This document shows, one piece after another, positions 1-5,112 of a stretch of DNA of 24,377 nucleotides (its first letter is position 1; every line of letters begins with the position of its first letter). The notes under the pieces are model-generated. The model was given only the letters and a program-made list of their open reading frames with translations. It ran no database searches and was not told the origin of the DNA. Made by a program: the position numbers and the translations under genes. The stretch lies in IMG/VR virus record IMGVR_UViG_3300021791_000011, positions 1-24,377 of that record. One strand, written 5' to 3'. This DNA comes from a virus (taxonomy: Duplodnaviria > Caudoviricetes).

Positions 1-215
1 TAAATATCGCAGTATTCGTCCTCTTCCGCCGACAGCTCTGAGGTCGCCAAGACTCCGTCTCTAGCCCCTTCGCATCGGACGACTCGACGATCCGAGTACC
101 CTCCCTGTGTGCCACATCCCGACATATCGGATCGCAGGCACGCGACGGCAGCCGCAATAGACCGGTGACGGTGGCCGCAGCAGCCTCTAACGCTACCTGT
201 TGTTGTGTACAGCAT
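1..215 (-). CDS. Small Cys/His-rich hypothetical protein, runs off the window edge (not in ORF track)
   Basis: Manual translation: MLYTTTGSVRGCCGHRHRSIAAAVACLRSDMSGCGTQGGYSDRRVVRC..., open to position 1. A GGAG lies 9 nt upstream of the ATG at 215; alternative ATG at 230. Confidence 0.7.
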   Translation of the reverse strand, partial: MLYTTTGSVRGCCGHRHRSIAAAVACLRSDMSGCGTQGGYSDRRVVRCEGARDGVLATSELSAEEDEYCDI

Positions 216-239
216 GTCTCTGGTCTCCATTAATATGAG

Positions 240-268
240 GGTCTCGGGTAAGTGGCCAAAGGCCGCTA
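240..268 (-). repeat. Leader repeat copy 1 (GTCTCGGGTA...GCCAAA..CTA on + strand)
   Basis: GTCTCGGGTA is identical at 241-250 and 1451-1460. 255-268 matches 1467-1480 at 11/14, and 240-255 matches 695-710 at 13/16. Confidence 0.65.
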
Positions 269-667
269 ATCTGACCAATCTAGTAACTCTCGGCACTCGT
301 CCATGTGATCCATCATATCGTCTATTGCTCGCCATATCGCTTCTGGCCGCAAGACGCACGATACGCAGCGTGACCGCGCGCACGAGGCAGGTCGACCTGG
401 AATGCCCCGGCCCCTGCAGATGCGGTACGTCACCTCGGACGCAAAGGCATCTCGCGAGACGTCGCCCTGCCTCTGCCATTCAGCGTAATCCCCTGAGAAT
501 CCCTGCTTACTGACTGCATACAGGTGAGCATCGTCGTCTATGACGCCTGGATGTGGGCCGACTACGCGACCCTGCACGAGGCTAGCTTGATTGACCGCGT
601 CACTGTAGCTCGTGTACTCGCTCTGCTTGGTCCACTCGCTATCGCCTTTTACTTCGACTGTGTACAT
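266..667 (-). CDS. Hypothetical protein (133 aa)
   Basis: ATG start with AGGA upstream, protein-like composition, tiles between its leftward neighbours. Confidence 0.7.
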   Translation of the reverse strand: MYTVEVKGDSEWTKQSEYTSYSDAVNQASLVQGRVVGPHPGVIDDDAHLYAVSKQGFSGDYAEWQRQGDVSRDAFASEVTYRICRGRGIPGRPASCARSRCVSCVLRPEAIWRAIDDMMDHMDECRELLDWSD

Positions 668-694
668 GTCTGGTTCCTGTACTATGAAAGAAGT

Positions 695-710
695 GGTCGC
701 GGTTTAGTGG
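695..710 (-). repeat. Leader repeat copy 2 (degenerate)
   Basis: GGTCGCGGTTTAGTGG versus GGTCTCGGGTAAGTGG (240-255), 13/16 identical, same position relative to the downstream leftward start. Confidence 0.5.
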
Positions 711-1435
711 GAGGCGATACTGCGACGATTCGGCCGCGGCATCACCAGGGCTTGGTAGTACATGCCTTCTCCGTACCCTTTCTGAAGGTCGTTGGGCACA
801 AAAAACGACTTCGTCCGATTGCGCGTGTTCTCGATCACCGCGGTTTCCAGTCGAAACCGCTGACGGCGCGAAAGGTTGAAATCCGACTGAATCAATGTTT
901 TGAGTTCCACCACGAATCGCGCCAGTGGATACTCATGGATGACGCCAGCCAAGGAACGGACTGACGCCTTTGTCAGTGGTCGGGTGGTTGTCTGCTGGAG
1001 AAAGACCATCTCACGGTAGACAGCTGGCAATTCAGCCCGGATTTCTGCGGCACCCGGTTCCTTTGCGCTGCGCACGATGGCCACGCGCCTAGCCTGTTCG
1101 AAGTCAGCGGCAACTCTTGTGAGATCGCCAGGGGGCGCCAGAATCAATTCGGTGTGGCGCCTACACGCCGCCGTAATTTGACCGGCATCCAGCGGCAACC
1201 GGTCTGCAACTGCAACGGTTGCGTACGCCAGCGAAGCAGATTCGCGTGTCAGATTAAGATTCAGGGCAAACGGGCCGAGAAACATCGTTCCTGCTGCAAT
1301 GCCAAAATCCAGTCCCGCCTGCTGGGCTTCGTGTTGCAGCGCGGAGCGCAGGTCCCGTTCAAGATGAGACGAAAGCTGCTGGAGTCGGGCCTCCAGCCTC
1401 GGCGCGGTCTGTTGTTCTGACGCTAGGTCCAGCAT
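704..1435 (-). CDS. Hypothetical protein (243 aa)
   Basis: Long ORF. Start reassigned from TTG 1471 to ATG 1435 because GAAGGAG lies 5 nt upstream of it. No family confidently recognised. Confidence 0.8.
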   Translation of the reverse strand: MLDLASEQQTAPRLEARLQQLSSHLERDLRSALQHEAQQAGLDFGIAAGTMFLGPFALNLNLTRESASLAYATVAVADRLPLDAGQITAACRRHTELILAPPGDLTRVAADFEQARRVAIVRSAKEPGAAEIRAELPAVYREMVFLQQTTTRPLTKASVRSLAGVIHEYPLARFVVELKTLIQSDFNLSRRQRFRLETAVIENTRNRTKSFFVPNDLQKGYGEGMYYQALVMPRPNRRSIASH

Positions 1436-1450
1436 CTCAACTCCTTCAAA

Positions 1451-1480
1451 GTCTCGGGTAGAAATCGCCAAACGGCACTA
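1451..1480 (-). repeat. Leader repeat copy 3
   Basis: GTCTCGGGTA exact match to 241-250, followed by GCCAAACGGCACTA similar to 255-268. Confidence 0.65.
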
Positions 1481-1660
1481 TGCCCCATAGTACTGCATCG
1501 GCATCGTGCTGCAACCGGAATCGACACGAATCCCGAAATTTCCCTGAAATTTATTCGGCAGCGAACGCTTGTCCACTGACGTCAGTCTGATTCCGCAGAC
1601 ACGTGCGCGCCGCCTCTGTCGACCGATCCGTAATGAGCGCACGCTCCGGAATCGATTTGT

Positions 1661-1680
1661 TCAGGGGCGTACACCCCTGA
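1661..1680. promoter_or_regulatory. 20-bp near-perfect inverted repeat centred on GTAC
   Basis: TCAGGGGCGTACACCCCTGA, 18/20 self-complementary, located in the divergent intergenic region. Confidence 0.45.
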
Positions 1681-1706
1681 GCAGGCGTCCACTGGGGGGT
1701 CAAATG

Positions 1707-1722
1707 CTGTACATATGTACAG
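1707..1722. promoter_or_regulatory. Perfect 16-bp palindrome, candidate operator (CTGT-N8-ACAG)
   Basis: CTGTACATATGTACAG equals its own reverse complement and fits the gammaproteobacterial LexA box pattern. Confidence 0.5.
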
Positions 1723-1793
1723 GCCGGCAAACCACCCCCTAGGCGCAAGAAAATCGTGCTATTTACTGGGGTCCAGGTTGGGGCAGCAAGCGT

Positions 1794-1851
1794 ACATCTA
1801 CTGTACAGATCGCCGCAGTTTAGTGCTGACAAATGAACACCTACTGTACAG
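1794..1851. repeat. 15-bp direct repeat ACA(T/C)CTACTGTACAG x2
   Basis: Copies at 1794-1808 and 1837-1851, one mismatch, 43-bp period. Confidence 0.7.
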
Positions 1852-1889
1852 CTCCGCCTGCCATAACTCGGCTGTTCGTCATAATACGG

Positions 1890-1918
1890 TTGACACAGGT
1901 GCCCATGTCTATCATTAT
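1890..1918 (+). promoter_or_regulatory. Candidate sigma70-type promoter for the rightward operon
   Basis: Perfect TTGACA (1890-1895), 17-nt spacer, CATTAT (1913-1918, 4/6 to TATAAT), about 125 nt upstream of the first late gene. Confidence 0.55.
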
Positions 1919-1955
1919 GATTACAGTGCATCTGTACATCTTGTTCGGCTTGGCG

Positions 1956-2015
1956 AACCGGACCGAACCGGACCGAACCGGACAAGCAACCGGACAAGCA
2001 ACCGGACAACCGAAC
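1956..2015 (+). repeat. Tandem array of AACCGGAC (5 exact copies + 1 degenerate)
   Basis: Cores start at 1956, 1966, 1976, 1988 and 2000, with AACCGAAC at 2008. Periods are 10,10,12,12,8. Confidence 0.9.
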
Positions 2016-2042
2016 TGAAAGACACTTAGGGAGTACAGAGAC

Positions 2043-3152
2043 TTGATCAAAGCCGTGCGCGTCGCATTCTCGGTGCCGTTTCTCTTCGTCGCACTCATGG
2101 CGCTCGGCACTGCCGACTTGATCGGCGGCGTTCCCGTCCACCGTCTCCTCGGGCACTTGAAGACGCGCGGTGTCTATCCTCTATTCGTGCTCCTGGCAAT
2201 CGCGTCATCCTGCACGGGCCAAATCAGTCGCGTGCGGGCAGAATCACCATCAGCAACTAGCGCCGGAACCGCGACTGCAGTACAAGTGTGGCAACACAGG
2301 AGCAGCGCTGGGGACTCGCCCGGCAGCGTGTTTGTGACCGCAGCACATGTGGTCGAGTCCGGTCGTGTCTCAGTTTTGCACGGTGGTCGATGGTGGCCCG
2401 CAAGGGTGGTTAAATCATGGAATATGAACCAGGGCGACATCGCCCTGGTATATGTGCCTGGGCTGTTGTGCGAACGCGTTATCCCAGTCTCGCCGTCACC
2501 GGTCGATGTCGGATTAAACGGGACCGTATACGCGTACCGTTATGGTCGACCCAAGCTGATGCGCCGCAGAGACGCCGTCTCGCGGTTGCACGGCGCCATG
2601 TTTTCAACCAACCGCGCGTGTGGTGGAAATGAGTCCGGTGGACCGTTGATCGCCGACGGGAGCCGCGCCATCGTCGGTATTCACAGCGGATGCGACCGCG
2701 CGCGTTCCGTGGCATTTTTTGGCGACGCGACGAAAGTCTCAGGCTATCTAAAAAGCTTTGATCCGCGTTGCGGATGCCCTGTCGAGACATCGGACACGAG
2801 TGGCAAAACAACGGCAGCAGAGTGTGTTTGCGGGTGCGCTGACCGCTGCAACGCACTTGAGTCGAAGGTCATTAAACTTGAATCACAGATGGCAGAGGCA
2901 AATAAACGACACACCGATCTGCGTAATACATACAAAATGTTCCGGAATCAGGTCACAAAGGCGGACATGCCGGCACGCGTAGCTAGGTTAGAGTCAGACA
3001 TGGAAAACAACAGAATCGCAGCTCCAGCTTTGCCTGTGCCGCACGGAGGCGGCGCCGGCGAAGCAATAGATACAGAGGAAATCATCAATCAGGTTCTAAA
3101 GCGAATTCCAAAGGCGAGAATTCCGGCCAGTTTTCAAATTGTCCCACGATAG
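2043..3152 (+). CDS. Trypsin-like (clan PA/S1) serine protease with N-terminal hydrophobic anchor and C-terminal coiled coil
   Basis: VTAAHVV (His), GDIALV (Asp), NESGGPL (Ser), then IVGIHSG. Two N-terminal hydrophobic stretches, a Cys-rich linker and a heptad region. AGGGAG lies 9 nt before the TTG; alternative start TTG 2157. Confidence 0.85.
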   Translation: MIKAVRVAFSVPFLFVALMALGTADLIGGVPVHRLLGHLKTRGVYPLFVLLAIASSCTGQISRVRAESPSATSAGTATAVQVWQHRSSAGDSPGSVFVTAAHVVESGRVSVLHGGRWWPARVVKSWNMNQGDIALVYVPGLLCERVIPVSPSPVDVGLNGTVYAYRYGRPKLMRRRDAVSRLHGAMFSTNRACGGNESGGPLIADGSRAIVGIHSGCDRARSVAFFGDATKVSGYLKSFDPRCGCPVETSDTSGKTTAAECVCGCADRCNALESKVIKLESQMAEANKRHTDLRNTYKMFRNQVTKADMPARVARLESDMENNRIAAPALPVPHGGGAGEAIDTEEIINQVLKRIPKARIPASFQIVPR

Positions 3153-3163
3153 AAAGAGCAGTA

Positions 3164-3409
3164 ATGCCTGACCCGATCACAACAGGCCCGCCAAGCGCCA
3201 CAGGCTTCGGACCGAGAGAAGCCTCCGATGAGACCCGCCAGGCTCAGCATGGCCTCGTGAATGATGCCCCGGTGGACGTAAACTGCAACAGTGTATTGGC
3301 TAGGGAGCAGGCAGCAACGAACGTTCTCATGGGCAAGAATTTTGTGGCAGAGGCGACCCGTTTTAACGCCTTGATGTCACACGCTGCGGCGAAGATTGCA
3401 AACTCATGA
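3164..3409 (+). CDS. Hypothetical protein (81 aa)
   Basis: ATG 11 nt after the protease stop; ATGA overlap with the next ORF. Confidence 0.75.
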   Translation: MPDPITTGPPSATGFGPREASDETRQAQHGLVNDAPVDVNCNSVLAREQAATNVLMGKNFVAEATRFNALMSHAAAKIANS

Positions 3410-3603
3410 TCAATATGCCTGACAGGCTATCTGAGGTTCGGGAGAAACTCGCCGCTGGCGAAAAGGTTGACCTGGGTCTGGTGGCCTCGCTTCAAATGCT
3501 TGACGTTGTCATCGCATCACGACAGCAAATGGAGCCTGACATTGCTGCGAGTGAAGACGCCTATGCCGCCGCAGAGTCAATCATCAGACCCGGTCCCCAC
3601 TGA
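3406..3603 (+). CDS. Hypothetical protein (65 aa)
   Basis: ATGA translational coupling at 3406-3409; helical, protein-like composition. Confidence 0.65.
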   Translation: MINMPDRLSEVREKLAAGEKVDLGLVASLQMLDVVIASRQQMEPDIAASEDAYAAAESIIRPGPH

Positions 3604-3961
3604 ACTGCACGACAATCTGTGGAATACGTGGCTGGCTAGCCAGCGCGCAAACCAGAATCTACACACCCGCGCCCTGCACAAGGCGCTGGATATTCCAGAG
3701 CATCCCCCGGGTGTGAATTCCACGAAAATCACTACCGGTATCGGGGTGCTCGGCGCTGCGTTACTCGCGGCCGGCCCGATTGCCGGGTTTAGTCTCGCCC
3801 TACTCTGGCCCAGCCACGATGATCAACAGCAGTTGCCGAGCGCCCCCCTTAAATCTGAACAGGGCGAATACGAAATCCGGTTTTTTGATAGTGAGGGTCA
3901 CGCCTTACCCTTGCCGTGGCACATTCCGACGGATACAGACACTAGCGACACCGACGGTTAA
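3563..3961 (+). CDS. Single-pass membrane protein (about 132 aa)
   Basis: Gly/Ala-rich hydrophobic segment GIGVLGAALLAAGPIAGFSLALLW. ATG 3563 preferred over TTG 3467 to minimise overlap. Confidence 0.75.
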   Translation: MPPQSQSSDPVPTELHDNLWNTWLASQRANQNLHTRALHKALDIPEHPPGVNSTKITTGIGVLGAALLAAGPIAGFSLALLWPSHDDQQQLPSAPLKSEQGEYEIRFFDSEGHALPLPWHIPTDTDTSDTDG

Positions 3962-3979
3962 TGGGGAGGGGGCGGCAAA

Positions 3980-4720
3980 ATGCCTTTAGGTTTAGGACTC
4001 GGTGTTGCTCATGTTGCAACACCTTTGCCGTCTCTAGATAGCCATGTGGGAACTGGCGACTACTGGGTTGCAGACGACATTGCGCCATCAGTAGACGACG
4101 GGAATGAGGTCACTTCGTGGCTTGGGAGACGGGCACAGACCGATTTGGAGATCGTGTCTAGTTTTGGCCCTGAGTTGGATGCGTCTAACACACTGTTTAA
4201 TAACCGCGCGTGTCTGTCTTACGTGGCTGCCAACAATGATCAATTAAGGATTCAAAACACAGGCTTTTACAGTTCCTGGACAGCCGCGTCGGGCTACATC
4301 CTCAGCATAGCATCGTCGTCTCCAGAGGGTCATGGGAGCCAGTTGCATGCGCCTGGCTCTGCAACACTGGTAAACGATCACCAGCCATTTACGGATGAGA
4401 ATGTGTATTCCAGCTTTTTCTGGGATACACGAATCGGCACCACGGGCGGGCCGTTCACACGGGATGTGGTACACCTGCTACATTTTACAGCAGACTCTAG
4501 TCTGAAAATTTATGTGGACAACACACTAGAGGCCACTAGCGGCTCTGGTTCATTTACAAATACAATTAACTCGTCGCTGGCCGCCCTGTCTTACATACAC
4601 GTCGGCAACGCGTATTTTGACGGACAGGTTGCGTTTGTGTGCCTCACTGATTCCGTTTCGGCGACAGCTCACTCTGCAATTATCGAGTTCATAAACTCAC
4701 ACTATGGTCTCAGCCTTTAA
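3980..4720 (+). CDS. Virion fibre protein with ConA/LamG-like lectin domain; candidate head-spike fibre A
   Basis: Strong GGGAGG RBS. N-terminus MPLGLGLGVA. DGNEVTSW, LKIYVDN and FDGQVAFV motifs are typical of phage LamG-like beta-sandwiches. Confidence 0.7.
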   Translation: MPLGLGLGVAHVATPLPSLDSHVGTGDYWVADDIAPSVDDGNEVTSWLGRRAQTDLEIVSSFGPELDASNTLFNNRACLSYVAANNDQLRIQNTGFYSSWTAASGYILSIASSSPEGHGSQLHAPGSATLVNDHQPFTDENVYSSFFWDTRIGTTGGPFTRDVVHLLHFTADSSLKIYVDNTLEATSGSGSFTNTINSSLAALSYIHVGNAYFDGQVAFVCLTDSVSATAHSAIIEFINSHYGLSL

Positions 4721-4747
4721 GGCTGTCTACAGACAGGGGGACAAGCT

Positions 4748-4981
4748 GTGCATTTACGGACTCCGCAATCTTTATCTACAGTGGCAGTTCATGAAGACGA
4801 ACTAGGCCGCGAGGCCGGGCTGGTTATTCCATGTGATAACCAGAAATTCAACGCATATGTTTTTAGCCCCTCCTATATGCGTAAAGAATCTAACGACCCC
4901 AACATACTGCTGATAGCAGCCACTGATAACAGTGATGACGCACTGGCGGCAATCAATGCTTTCCATAATCCTGCCGTGTAG
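4748..4981 (+). CDS. Hypothetical protein (77 aa)
   Basis: GTG start preceded by AGGGGG; fills the gap between the two fibre genes. Confidence 0.5.
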   Translation: MHLRTPQSLSTVAVHEDELGREAGLVIPCDNQKFNAYVFSPSYMRKESNDPNILLIAATDNSDDALAAINAFHNPAV

Positions 4982-5112
4982 TAATAAACGGATGGTTTGC
5001 CAGTATGTCGTTAAGATGGACCAAGAGAGATGGTCTGGCCTATCTTCAGGAATGGTGTTCACACTACCGTGTGTGGACGGATGTATTACTGGAGGCATCT
5101 GAGGGCGAGAAT

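Noticed and set aside
1956-2015. Possible CRISPR array
   Set aside because: Units are 8-12 bp with no unique spacers, and no cas genes are present.
1551-2156. 201-aa minus-strand ORF and the overlapping ORFs 1715..2029, 1833..2018 and 1841..2110
   Set aside because: They run through the tandem repeat and palindromes, translate to repeat-derived low-complexity sequence, lack RBSs, and two overlap the protease gene antisense.
3406-3961. Overlapping ORFs as an Rz/Rz1 spanin pair
   Set aside because: Neither has a lipoprotein signal with a lipobox Cys, and the overlap shrinks to 41 nt with the ATG 3563 start.
4748-5112. 5005 start for the large fibre, or a frameshift joining ORF4748 to it
   Set aside because: No RBS at 5005 and no slippery sequence. 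ATG 5113 has an RBS and reproduces the paralogous MPLGLGLG N-terminus.
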